Under the pieces are notes generated by a model, which saw only the letters and a program-made list of their open reading frames with translations, had not been told where the DNA came from and searched no databases. 56,868 nt of DNA, taken from positions 62,001 to 118,868 of the forward strand of contig CAZXWN010000001.1 of assembly GCA_964644695.1 (NCBI GenBank). The letters run 5' to 3'. Shown piece after piece: positions 46,913-56,218 of the stretch (the first letter of the stretch is position 1; every line of letters begins with the position of its first letter). The position numbers and the translations under genes are program-made. The stretch is from an uncultured bacterium (lineage in GTDB: Bacteria > UBP4 > UBA4092).

Positions 46913-47701
46913 ATGTGGAACCAACCTGTGAATCAATGGCGACTCGTTTTAGATGTGGGAAATACTGAAACAGATTTCGCTCTTTTTAATGGAAATGCTA
47001 TGCGACGGCAGGGTGCCATTTCCAATGCCTTGTTTAAAAACGAGAAAGATGTCCTACCCATATTCCCCCATTCTCCAGATCAGATTTGGGTTGGTTCAGT
47101 TCATCCAAAGTTATCAAATATGATCTTAAAAGAGTGTCACTCCCAATATGGTAAATCTTGTCATCGGATAAATCATCCACTTCCTGCATCTATTCGAAAA
47201 CGAATCCAGTACTATCCTGTAGAGTCCCTGGGTATTGATCGTATTGCAGATGTGGTAGGTGGGTATTCTCTCTATGGTGGACCTCTTCTGATAATTGATT
47301 GTGGAACGGCTACAACTCTAAACATGGTTGATAATCATGGTTGTTTTATGGGGGGGCTGATTACACTGGGTTTGGAATCCTGGGCTCATGCGATGAAAGA
47401 GAGACTTTCCCATTTGTGGCAAGGTATGGAGGAAATTCCTTCCCGTTCCAAACAGGTCCTCGCAAAATCAACATCTAATGCTTTACGAGCAGGGTTATGG
47501 GACGCCTATGCTTCTATGATTGAAGGTTTAGTTGCGCGTATTGAACATGAGACGAATTGTAGAGATTATCGTTTAGTGGTCACCGGTGGATGGGGACTCA
47601 AGAGTATGAAAAATTCCCGATTACAAATAACATTTAACCCTTCTTTAACACTTCGCGGGTATTTTGAAATTGCAAAGGAAATGGAGAAATTTCATGAATA
47701 A
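46913..47701 (+). CDS. coaX: Type III pantothenate kinase
   Basis: DVGNT, LGIDR, IDCGTATT, VTGG. ATG 46904 is an alternative start. Confidence 0.93.
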   Translation: MWNQPVNQWRLVLDVGNTETDFALFNGNAMRRQGAISNALFKNEKDVLPIFPHSPDQIWVGSVHPKLSNMILKECHSQYGKSCHRINHPLPASIRKRIQYYPVESLGIDRIADVVGGYSLYGGPLLIIDCGTATTLNMVDNHGCFMGGLITLGLESWAHAMKERLSHLWQGMEEIPSRSKQVLAKSTSNALRAGLWDAYASMIEGLVARIEHETNCRDYRLVVTGGWGLKSMKNSRLQITFNPSLTLRGYFEIAKEMEKFHE

Positions 47702-48584
47702 AAAATCCATTAGTTTTGAACAGTATTTTAATGCCGATGAAAAAAAATATATTAAAGCACTTATGGAAACATCCTTGGATGAGGATATTGGATCAGGAGA
47801 TGTGACAACTCAAGCAACAATTCCAAGTAAAACAGTTGCTACGGGTCGTTTATTGGCAAAACAAGAAGGTGTTGTCTGTGGACTGTCTCTCATATCTATT
47901 ATTTTTAAATTACGGACACGGAAAGCCCAAATTAAGTTATTGGCCAAAGATGGAGATTTCATTAAGCCTGGAATGGTTTTGGCTGAGATTACTTCACCAG
48001 CAGTTGCTTTGCTAGAAGTAGAAAGAGTTGTTCTTAACTATATCCAGAGGCTATCAGGGATTGCCACATTGACCCGACAATATGTGGATCTGGTAAAAGA
48101 TACACACGCAGCAATTTTAGATACGCGAAAAACCACTCCTTTATTACGTTTTTTGGAAAAATATGCAGTTGCTTGTGGTGGGGGAATAAATCATCGTTTT
48201 GGGTTGTATGATCAGGTTCTAATCAAAGATAATCACATTGATGTCGCAGGGGGCATTGAAGAGGCTATAAGAAGAGTCCGAAATAAGAGCCCAGAAATGA
48301 TGATTGAAGTGGAAGCCAGAACTTTTGATGAAGTAAAACGAGCTGTTCAAATGTTGCCCGATATTATTCTTCTGGACAATATGACAACTTCTGAAATGAA
48401 GAAATGTGTTCAATATGTCGATGGAAGATGTCAGTTAGAAGCCTCGGGCGGAGTAAATTTAAAAACGGTCTATAAAATTGCTTTAACGGGTGTAAACAGG
48501 ATATCAATAGGTGCTTTGACTCATTCAGCACCGTCCGTTGATCTTTCGTTAAAAGTTGTTATGAAACCTGTAAAAAATGGCTGA
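47694..48584 (+). CDS. nadC: Quinolinate phosphoribosyltransferase
   Basis: DTRKTTP, HRFGLYD, IKDNH, EVE, LLDN, EASGG. Confidence 0.97.
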   Translation: MNKKSISFEQYFNADEKKYIKALMETSLDEDIGSGDVTTQATIPSKTVATGRLLAKQEGVVCGLSLISIIFKLRTRKAQIKLLAKDGDFIKPGMVLAEITSPAVALLEVERVVLNYIQRLSGIATLTRQYVDLVKDTHAAILDTRKTTPLLRFLEKYAVACGGGINHRFGLYDQVLIKDNHIDVAGGIEEAIRRVRNKSPEMMIEVEARTFDEVKRAVQMLPDIILLDNMTTSEMKKCVQYVDGRCQLEASGGVNLKTVYKIALTGVNRISIGALTHSAPSVDLSLKVVMKPVKNG

Positions 48585-49371
48585 AGCATTAAATATCCAA
48601 TATGTTGCCAATGCTGTTGATACCAAGCGAATCGGATGCCGTTTTTATTATTATCCAGAAATAGACTCAACTAATAACCAGGCGCTTTTATTAGGACAAC
48701 AGGGTGCATCAGATGGTACTGTCATCATTGCTGATTATCAGCTTGTTGGCAGAGGAAGAGCCAATCGACAATGGGTATCTTCCGCAAAGACTAATTTATT
48801 ATTTTCTGTAATTTTGAAACCTGCCAATAATAATCCTCATGAAATGACCATGTTGGCTGCTGTTGCGGTCTATGAAGTTTTATCTTCAATGTTGACTTCG
48901 TCAGAGGTTGTTATTAAGTGGCCGAATGATATTTTGGTAGATAACCAAAAGATATGTGGAATACTTGCGGAAACTCAAACAAAAGGTGAACAATCATCTT
49001 TCATTGTGGTTGGTATCGGATTGAATATTAATATGTCTTCAGAAGATATCCCTGAAAATATCAACAGAAAAATTACTTCGTTATCAATTTGTATGGGGGG
49101 GAGACATGTTAATCGTGAAGAAGTGTTAGTCAAAGTGCTCTATTCTTTGGATAAATGGTATGACAAGATTCTCACCGGTAGCGGCACAGACTTGGCTTCA
49201 CAATACATCCAAAACTCAAATTTACATGGGCGGTTAGTCTCTCTTCAGTGTGGAAATGAAATAATTAAGGGATTTGTTACTCATCTGGATGAACAAGGGA
49301 AACTTTGGATTCGAGATGAGTATGGAAGAACGAATGGTTTTGTTGGAGGGGAAATTCTGAAGATATTCTAG
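48577..49371 (+). CDS. birA: Biotin protein ligase without N-terminal HTH
   Basis: DSTN, GRGR, KWPND, KICGIL, GIGLN. Confidence 0.95.
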   Translation: MAEALNIQYVANAVDTKRIGCRFYYYPEIDSTNNQALLLGQQGASDGTVIIADYQLVGRGRANRQWVSSAKTNLLFSVILKPANNNPHEMTMLAAVAVYEVLSSMLTSSEVVIKWPNDILVDNQKICGILAETQTKGEQSSFIVVGIGLNINMSSEDIPENINRKITSLSICMGGRHVNREEVLVKVLYSLDKWYDKILTGSGTDLASQYIQNSNLHGRLVSLQCGNEIIKGFVTHLDEQGKLWIRDEYGRTNGFVGGEILKIF

Positions 49372-49461
49372 TTATTTGAGTTGGATGAATAAAAAAATTC
49401 CTTTACCCACTTCACAGATGAGGGTCTAATCGTGTAAAATAAAAATCCTGAAGTTAATAAT

Positions 49462-49536
49462 TCCCCGGTAGCTCAATGGTGGAGCGAGCGGCTGTTAACC
49501 GCTAGGTTGTATGTTCGAGTCATACCCGGGGAGCCA
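49462..49536 (+). tRNA. tRNA-Asn (GTT)
   Basis: Acceptor TCCCCGG/CCGGGGA, anticodon arm AGCGG-CTGTTAA-CCGCT, T loop TTCGAGT, encoded CCA. Confidence 0.97.
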
Positions 49537-49571
49537 GAATTTAACCATCTAAAAGATGGAAAATATAAAAT

Positions 49572-49609
49572 AAAAACCTCTGAGAGAACAGTCTCTTAGA
49601 GGTTTTTTT
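49572..49609. terminator. Bidirectional terminator between tRNA-Asn and the diguanylate cyclase
   Basis: AAAAACCTCTGAGAGA-ACAG-TCTCTTAGAGGTTTTTTT. Confidence 0.88.
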
Positions 49610-49632
49610 GTTATGTGTGAATTTATTAGATT

Positions 49633-50817
49633 TTATGTGGCGGGATACTCCAGGCATCCAACCTTATTTCTTCCTGTTTGCTTGGCATGATACAGGGATT
49701 CATCGGCACGTTTAACTAATTGTTGTAAATCGGTGCAAGATTCCTGGGCCTCTGCTACCCCAAGACTGATGGTAAGTGATATAGGGTTATTGCTGTCAGA
49801 AAATACCTTTGCTTCTATGATTTTTCGTAGCCGTTCTGAAAAGGCAATTGCTTCATGTAATGAAGTATGCGGAAGTAAAATGCCAAACTCTTCTCCACCC
49901 AATCGAGCAAATAAGTCAATCGTTCGAATGGCTTTTTCGATTTCTGATGCTATCTGAATCAACACTTTATCGCCTGTGGCATGACCGTAGGTATCATTAA
50001 TGACTTTGAAATGGTCAATATCAATCATTACAAATGATAATGGATAGGTATATCGAATGTGTCGCTCCCATTCGCTTTGCCCTAATTCTAAGAAAATTCT
50101 CCGGTTATTTATTCCTGTCAGGGGGTCCTTCATGGCTAATTCTTTTAACTGTTCCTGGGCCGTGATTAGTTCACCAGACAATCTTTCCTGATTCATGAGC
50201 AAAAAAATGAAAGTCAAGCTGATATCACAAACAATAAGTAGATAAAAAGATATTTGGTTTAATATGTGATTGGATAATAAACTATTAATTTCAGGAACAA
50301 GAATCCAGCTCAAACATCGAAATAACAATACAATTGCAAAGCAATAAAATACCAGAGCCATGGATTTATACAAGATTGTATGGGGCTGTCGCTTACTTTT
50401 TTTCATGTAATACCCCATATAGACGGATATAAAAAATAAAACACTCGTAATATAAATTGTTCTAATGGCAATATTGTCTTTGATTAATAGAAAATATGCG
50501 AGAAAAGGCAATAAGAACAGTGGGATTATGTAATTTATATAATTGGGTTTAGTTTCACCCAGGAATCGTCTTAAGCTTTCTAATCGGATGAATCCTACAT
50601 AAAATAGAAAAAGATTTCCGAACAATATTGAGAACGTATCTGAAAAATATCCCCTACCGGCTAATAAAATATACCCAGTGAATCCAGAGATATTGCATAA
50701 TATCCATTCCCCAAACCCTGAATAACTTTTTTGGGTTCGCCAATAAATCAACATCACCAGAGTAAGTGCGATATTTATCGTTGCTAAATTTAGCAAAAGT
50801 GTTCGTATCTCAATCAT
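49633..50817 (-). CDS. Membrane-bound diguanylate cyclase
   Basis: About 7 TM segments; DPLTG, DIDHFK, RTID (I-site) and GGEEF. Confidence 0.94.
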   Translation of the reverse strand: MIEIRTLLLNLATINIALTLVMLIYWRTQKSYSGFGEWILCNISGFTGYILLAGRGYFSDTFSILFGNLFLFYVGFIRLESLRRFLGETKPNYINYIIPLFLLPFLAYFLLIKDNIAIRTIYITSVLFFISVYMGYYMKKSKRQPHTILYKSMALVFYCFAIVLLFRCLSWILVPEINSLLSNHILNQISFYLLIVCDISLTFIFLLMNQERLSGELITAQEQLKELAMKDPLTGINNRRIFLELGQSEWERHIRYTYPLSFVMIDIDHFKVINDTYGHATGDKVLIQIASEIEKAIRTIDLFARLGGEEFGILLPHTSLHEAIAFSERLRKIIEAKVFSDSNNPISLTISLGVAEAQESCTDLQQLVKRADESLYHAKQTGRNKVGCLEYPAT

Positions 50818-51187
50818 GCAGATTGTACCTTCTAAAATGACCCCTGAATATATATAAATTAAATATATATCATTGAGGGCAATTGAGATAGTTTATTTAT
50901 TGGTGAGTTTTTTAGAAAAAAAATGAAAGGTCAAACTAGCATCGAACGAGATCAATCTTGTTCGATGTCTCTTCGGATGCCATATTTTTGCCCATAATGT
51001 TGATAAAATTAGGGTTAGCATAAATTACCTAACCATAAAGATGACTTTTCACTGTGATAAAATTATAAGAATTAATCAGAGTGATAAATCCCAAAATATC
51101 AACCAGTCTATAGCCATCCTCGAAATAAAGAATGGATACTGAAAGACTTCAGGTGAAAACATTATGTCTGATAAAAAAGAATGTGCC

Positions 51188-51430
51188 ATGGATAACCTTT
51201 CCAAACCACATCCCATCATAAATGAAGATGAATGCAAAGGTTGTGGACGTTGTGTGGCTGCTTGCCCCAAACAGGCCTTAAGCTTTAGTGATCATTTAAA
51301 TCGGAGAGGTTGTCGTTTTGTGCTGTATTCAAAAGACAACTGTACTGGATGTGGAATCTGCTTCTACAATTGCCCAGAACCATTTGGTATAGAGATCTTT
51401 GTGCCGGCAAAAGGGGAGTCTGTTAAATGA
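51188..51430 (+). CDS. 2x[4Fe-4S] ferredoxin subunit of the oxidoreductase (VorC/delta-like)
   Basis: CKGCGRCVAACP and CTGCGICFYNCP. ATG 51164 is an alternative start. Confidence 0.9.
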   Translation: MDNLSKPHPIINEDECKGCGRCVAACPKQALSFSDHLNRRGCRFVLYSKDNCTGCGICFYNCPEPFGIEIFVPAKGESVK

Positions 51431-52491
51431 TCAAATTTGTTAAAGGAAATGAAGCCGTTGTCATTGGTGCTTTATATGCAGGTTGCGATGCTTATTTTGG
51501 ATATCCCATCACTCCTGCCAGTGAAATTGCCCATTTAGCCTCTGAGTATTTTCCTGCCTTAGGTAAAGAATTTCTTCAGGCGGAATGTGAGACCGGTTCC
51601 ATTTATATGCTTTTTGGAGCCGCCTCTGCTGGCAAATTAGCCATGACAGCATCATCTGGTCCGGGAATCAGCCTGATGCAGGAAGGTGTTTCCTATCTTG
51701 CGGGTGCGGAATTGCCTGGTGTCATCGTAAATATTATGAGAACAGGTCCTGGGTTGGGAAATGTAGGCCCTGAACAAGGTGATTATAATCAAGCCGTTAA
51801 AAGCGGTGGTCACGGAAATTACCGATCTATTGTGTTGGCTCCCGGCTCCGTTCAGGAAATGTGTGATTTGACGATTAAAGCCTTTGCCTTATCCTTTAAA
51901 TATCGAAACCCCGCTTATGTGATTGCCGATGCTGTTTTAGGGCAAACAATGGAAACTCTGGTGCTTCCAACGAATCCGATGCCACGTCCAGAGGTCAAAG
52001 ACTGGGCTGTTCAGGGAACAGCAGAAACACGGCCCAATTTAATCACATCGATTATTTTGGAACCGAAAGGACAGGAACAACATAATATCAAGTTACAAGA
52101 GAAGTATGAAAAAATGAAGGTTGAGGCTTCAGCTGAATTATATAAAACTGAAGATGCAGATTTAATCCTGGTAGCGTATGGAACTCCCAGCCGATTGTCA
52201 AGAAGCGCTGTGGATGAACTGAGAAAACGCGGACTGAAAGTTGGATTATTCCGTCCTATTACCCTATATCCTTTCCCAGCTGAACAGCTTCAATCGGTAG
52301 CAAAAGGAAAACAGATTCTTGTTGTTGAACTTTCAAATGGTCAGCTTCGTGACGATGTGATTCTCCATTTGGGTATGAATCAGGTCCCCGTTTGCTTGTT
52401 GAATCACATGGGTGGAATATTGATCCGGGTAGAAGAAATAATAGAAAAAGTTGAAACTTTACTTACTGTAAAAGCAGTGAATGGTGAATAA
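51427..52491 (+). CDS. vorB: 2-oxoacid:ferredoxin oxidoreductase subunit, 2-oxoisovalerate (VorB) type
   Basis: GYPITP, SSGPGISL, GPGLG, GGHG, FRPITLYPFP. Confidence 0.85.
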   Translation: MIKFVKGNEAVVIGALYAGCDAYFGYPITPASEIAHLASEYFPALGKEFLQAECETGSIYMLFGAASAGKLAMTASSGPGISLMQEGVSYLAGAELPGVIVNIMRTGPGLGNVGPEQGDYNQAVKSGGHGNYRSIVLAPGSVQEMCDLTIKAFALSFKYRNPAYVIADAVLGQTMETLVLPTNPMPRPEVKDWAVQGTAETRPNLITSIILEPKGQEQHNIKLQEKYEKMKVEASAELYKTEDADLILVAYGTPSRLSRSAVDELRKRGLKVGLFRPITLYPFPAEQLQSVAKGKQILVVELSNGQLRDDVILHLGMNQVPVCLLNHMGGILIRVEEIIEKVETLLTVKAVNGE

Positions 52492-53914
52492 TATGCCAGC
52501 ATCCATAAAGAAATCCCAAGGTTTTTATCAGGAATTTGTTCGTAAAGGTGGGGCCGCTCCAAGAGCTACCCATTATTGCGCAGGTTGTGGACATGGAATA
52601 CTCCATAAATTGATTGCCGAAGCCATGGCCGAATTGAATATCCAGGACAAGACTATTTTTGTTACTCCTGTTGGATGTGGCGCCTTTTGTTACTACTATT
52701 TTGATTGTGGCAATGTTGCCGCTGCTCATGGTCGTGCTGCCGCCGTTGCAACAGGTATTAGCCGGACAGTTCGGGATTCTGTTGTTATCGCTTATCAGGG
52801 TGATGGAGATTTAGGTGCTATTGGTTTTAATAATGCTTTTCAGGCGGCCAATAGAGGTGATCATTTTGCACACTTCTTTGTCAATAATGCCATTTACGGT
52901 ATGACGGGTGGACAGATGGCACCCACTTCTTTGTTGGGTATGAAAACTACAACTTCACCTTATGGTCGGGATGCGTTTTCGATGGGTTATCCACTTCATG
53001 TATCGGAAGTGTTTAATCAATTAAAGGCTCCAGTTTTTATTGAACGTTGTTCATTAGCGGACACGCCTCGAATTATGAAAGCAAAACGAGCTGTCCGGAA
53101 GGCTCTTGAAATACAGCGTGATGGTAAAGGTTATGCGTTTGTTGAAATCTTAAGCCCATGTCCTACCAATATGCATACAGATGCTCTGGGAGCTGCTAAA
53201 TGGGTTATTGATGTCATGGAAAAAGAATATCCATTAGGATGTCTTCGTGACCGGAGTGCAGAGGCGGGACTTGAACGTCCGCACTTTGAAATTCCATCTA
53301 TTGAAAAACTATTAGGAGTAGATCAGGGTGGTGGTTTGGAAGAACCCATCAATGATGATACTTTTACAGAGAAGAGATTGAAATTCTCTGGTTTTGGCGG
53401 GCAGGGTGTACTTCGTTTAGGATTAACGATTGCTGAGGCTGCCCAACACGCGCGACGTCATGTTTCCTGGTTCCCCAGTTATGGACCTGAACAACGGGGT
53501 GGTTCTGCCTCATGTGCGGTAGTTGTTAGTGGTAAGAAAATTGGTTCTCCAGTGGTAGAGGAAATTGATACCCTGGTAGCCATGAATCAAGTCGCCCTTG
53601 AACGCTTTATGCAGGATGTCCGTTCTGGTGGAGTCCTGATATATGATAATGCCATTCCGGTTGAAGTTCCCGTTAAACCAGGTGTTAAATTGATTGGTGT
53701 TCCAGCCTCTGGAATAGCCAATGAAAATGGTGTTCCAATGGCAGCCAATACGGTTATGTTGGCTGCGTTGGCCGCTACCGGTAGTGCAGGACTTCCCAAA
53801 GAGATGTTGTTGAAAGCTCTTGAGGAAGGGTTCCGAAATAAACCCGCTGTCCTGCAGAAAAATCGTCATATCTTTGAAATTGCATTGCAATGGTGCCAAA
53901 CTAACATAAAATAA
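52481..53914 (+). CDS. 2-oxoacid:ferredoxin oxidoreductase, fused TPP-binding (beta) and gamma subunit
   Basis: YCAGCGHG, QGDGD, YGMTGGQ, SPCP; then GFGGQG and PSYGPEQRGG. Confidence 0.9.
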   Translation: MVNNMPASIKKSQGFYQEFVRKGGAAPRATHYCAGCGHGILHKLIAEAMAELNIQDKTIFVTPVGCGAFCYYYFDCGNVAAAHGRAAAVATGISRTVRDSVVIAYQGDGDLGAIGFNNAFQAANRGDHFAHFFVNNAIYGMTGGQMAPTSLLGMKTTTSPYGRDAFSMGYPLHVSEVFNQLKAPVFIERCSLADTPRIMKAKRAVRKALEIQRDGKGYAFVEILSPCPTNMHTDALGAAKWVIDVMEKEYPLGCLRDRSAEAGLERPHFEIPSIEKLLGVDQGGGLEEPINDDTFTEKRLKFSGFGGQGVLRLGLTIAEAAQHARRHVSWFPSYGPEQRGGSASCAVVVSGKKIGSPVVEEIDTLVAMNQVALERFMQDVRSGGVLIYDNAIPVEVPVKPGVKLIGVPASGIANENGVPMAANTVMLAALAATGSAGLPKEMLLKALEEGFRNKPAVLQKNRHIFEIALQWCQTNIK

Positions 53915-53980
53915 TACTTTAACCCGTAGAGTCGGGGATAAGACGTTTTTAATTGTCTTACGATATTAATCATTGGGAGT

Positions 53981-54556
53981 ATGAATATGTCATCATCCAA
54001 AGTAGGGAGCCGGATTAGAACTTTTAGAGAACGGTTGAATTTAACTCTTGTTGATTTAGCTGAGCGATCGGGTGTCGATGTGGATCAGTTAAATGCCATT
54101 GAAGAGAATGAACTTTATCCTTCATTAGGTCCATTGGTTAAGATCTCTCGTGCATTGGGGCAGAGATTGGGTACCTTTTTGGATGATCAAATACAAAGTG
54201 ATCCCCTCATTATCAAGAAGGATCAACAGGACTCCGAATTTGTCATGCACAAATCCCGGGATCATGCTGCAACCTACCAGTATCATTCACTGGGCAAGGG
54301 AAAAAATGACCGGCATATGGAGCCCTTCTTTATTGAGATATATCCCGAAGACGGTAATGAAAATGAGCTTTCAACCCATGAAGGTGAAGAGTTTATCGTT
54401 GTTGTGTCTGGGCAGGTACAATTAAAGTATGGTACAGAAACGTATACATTGAATCCTGGCGATTCTATGTATTACAACTCAGTTATCCCTCATCATGTGG
54501 GAGCTGTTGGTGGTAAAGCCGAAGTGTATGCTGTTGTTTATCTCCCCATGGAATAA
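53981..54556 (+). CDS. XRE-family HTH regulator with cupin domain
   Basis: N-terminal HTH; HEGEEF...GDSMYY...PH cupin. Confidence 0.92.
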   Translation: MNMSSSKVGSRIRTFRERLNLTLVDLAERSGVDVDQLNAIEENELYPSLGPLVKISRALGQRLGTFLDDQIQSDPLIIKKDQQDSEFVMHKSRDHAATYQYHSLGKGKNDRHMEPFFIEIYPEDGNENELSTHEGEEFIVVVSGQVQLKYGTETYTLNPGDSMYYNSVIPHHVGAVGGKAEVYAVVYLPME

Positions 54557-54567
54557 TTGAGGACATT

Positions 54568-56217
54568 ATGACTGAGCAACTAATATTTGAAAAAACTCTG
54601 GGACAGATTCTGGATGAAACAATAGAAAAGAATCCACATAATCCTGCTGTTATATATGTAGATCGGGGATATCGCCAATCATGGCAGGAATTTGGTGATA
54701 CTGTTGACCAATTAGCCAAAGGGCTAATGGCTTTGGGTGTTCAAAAAGGTGAAAAAGTTGCGGTCTGGGCAACCAACGTTCCTTATTGGGTTGCCTTACA
54801 GTTCGCCACAGCAAAAATAGGTGCCATCCTTGTAACGGTCAACATTAACTATAAATTATCTGAAATTGAGTATTTGATGAGTCAATCGGAGTCCGAAAAC
54901 CTGTTTATCATAAATGGTTATCGTGATACTGATTATATCAGCACGATATATGAGCTGGTTCCTGAATTAAAAACTCAACAACGTGGTTATTTGAAAGCTG
55001 CCAGATTCCCGCACCTGAAAAGAGTATTCTTTTTGGGTCACGAAAAACACCGTGGAATGTATTCTCTTCCAGAAGTATTTGCTCTGGGTAACCAAATCAA
55101 TAAGCAGGAATACAAATCCAGACAGGATTCTTTAAACTGTCACGATGTGGTAAATATGCAATATACCTCAGGGACAACGGGTTTTCCAAAAGGCGTTATG
55201 TTGACCCATTATAATGTTGGAAATAATGGATATTGGATTGGAAAAAATCAGAATTTAGGCCCCAATGATAAAATCTGCATACCAGTCCCTCTATTTCATT
55301 GCTTTGGTTGTGTCTTAGGTGTTCTTGCTTGTGTTAATCATGGCTCAGCAATGGTATTCCTCGAGCGATATGAGCCCGTTACGGCAATGATGTCTATTGA
55401 AAGAGAACGATGTACAGGTTTATATGGTGTTCCAACAATGTTTATTGCAATTTTGGAACATCCCTTATTTGAAAAATTTAATTTCAGTTCCCTTCGGACT
55501 GGTATTATGGCTGGGTCTCCCTGTCCGATAAAAACAATGCGTCAGGTTATGGAACTGATGAATATGAAAGAAATTACTATCTGTTATGGATTGACTGAAT
55601 CTTCGCCCGTTATGGCTCAAACCCGTTATGATGAGCCGGATATTCGTGCTAAAACTGAAACTGTTGGCAAGACAATGCCTGGTGTTGAAATCATTATTAT
55701 TGACCCCAATACGGGTAAAGAATGTAATCCAGGAGAACCGGGTGAGGTTTGCTGCAGAGGCTATTTAAAAATGAAGGGTTATTACAATATGCCTGAAGAA
55801 ACAGCCAAAACTATTGATAAAGAGGGTTGGTTACATTCAGGTGATATCGGTATTATGAGTGAAGATGGATACCTTTCTATAACAGGCCGTTTGAAAGATA
55901 TGATTATTCGTGGTGGGGAGAATATTTATCCCAAAGAAATTGAAGAGTTTATCTATCATATGGATGGTGTCTCTGATGTCCAGGTCGTTGGTGCTGCCAG
56001 TAAAAGATATGGTGAGCAACCAGCAGCTTTTATTATCTTGAAGCCTGGTGTTGAAATGACGCCGGAAGATGTTATGGATTATTGCCGCGGTAAGATTGCC
56101 TGGCACAAAATACCCAAATATGTTCATTTTGTGACAGAGTATCCATTAACGGCAAGTGGTAAGATTCAAAAGTATATATTACGGGAGTTGGCTGCAAAAC
56201 TTTGGCCGGATGCCTAA
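54568..56217 (+). CDS. AMP-dependent acyl-CoA synthetase
   Basis: YTSGTTGFPKG, YGLTE, LHSGD, GGENIYP, SGKIQK. Confidence 0.95.
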   Translation: MTEQLIFEKTLGQILDETIEKNPHNPAVIYVDRGYRQSWQEFGDTVDQLAKGLMALGVQKGEKVAVWATNVPYWVALQFATAKIGAILVTVNINYKLSEIEYLMSQSESENLFIINGYRDTDYISTIYELVPELKTQQRGYLKAARFPHLKRVFFLGHEKHRGMYSLPEVFALGNQINKQEYKSRQDSLNCHDVVNMQYTSGTTGFPKGVMLTHYNVGNNGYWIGKNQNLGPNDKICIPVPLFHCFGCVLGVLACVNHGSAMVFLERYEPVTAMMSIERERCTGLYGVPTMFIAILEHPLFEKFNFSSLRTGIMAGSPCPIKTMRQVMELMNMKEITICYGLTESSPVMAQTRYDEPDIRAKTETVGKTMPGVEIIIIDPNTGKECNPGEPGEVCCRGYLKMKGYYNMPEETAKTIDKEGWLHSGDIGIMSEDGYLSITGRLKDMIIRGGENIYPKEIEEFIYHMDGVSDVQVVGAASKRYGEQPAAFIILKPGVEMTPEDVMDYCRGKIAWHKIPKYVHFVTEYPLTASGKIQKYILRELAAKLWPDA

Positions 56218-56218
56218 A

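Noticed and set aside
46913-49371. coaX-nadC-birA as a novel cofactor cluster
   Set aside because: Clustering of these genes is already familiar from other bacteria; it is housekeeping.
28892-49536. Integrative elements at the three tRNA genes
   Set aside because: No integrase and no duplicated tRNA 3' end (att site) seen in the window.
50925-50990. c-di-GMP-I riboswitch near the diguanylate cyclase (GGTCAAAC...)
   Set aside because: It lacks the GAAA tetraloop and the following GCAAA / P2 elements, and it is on the wrong strand for the cyclase.
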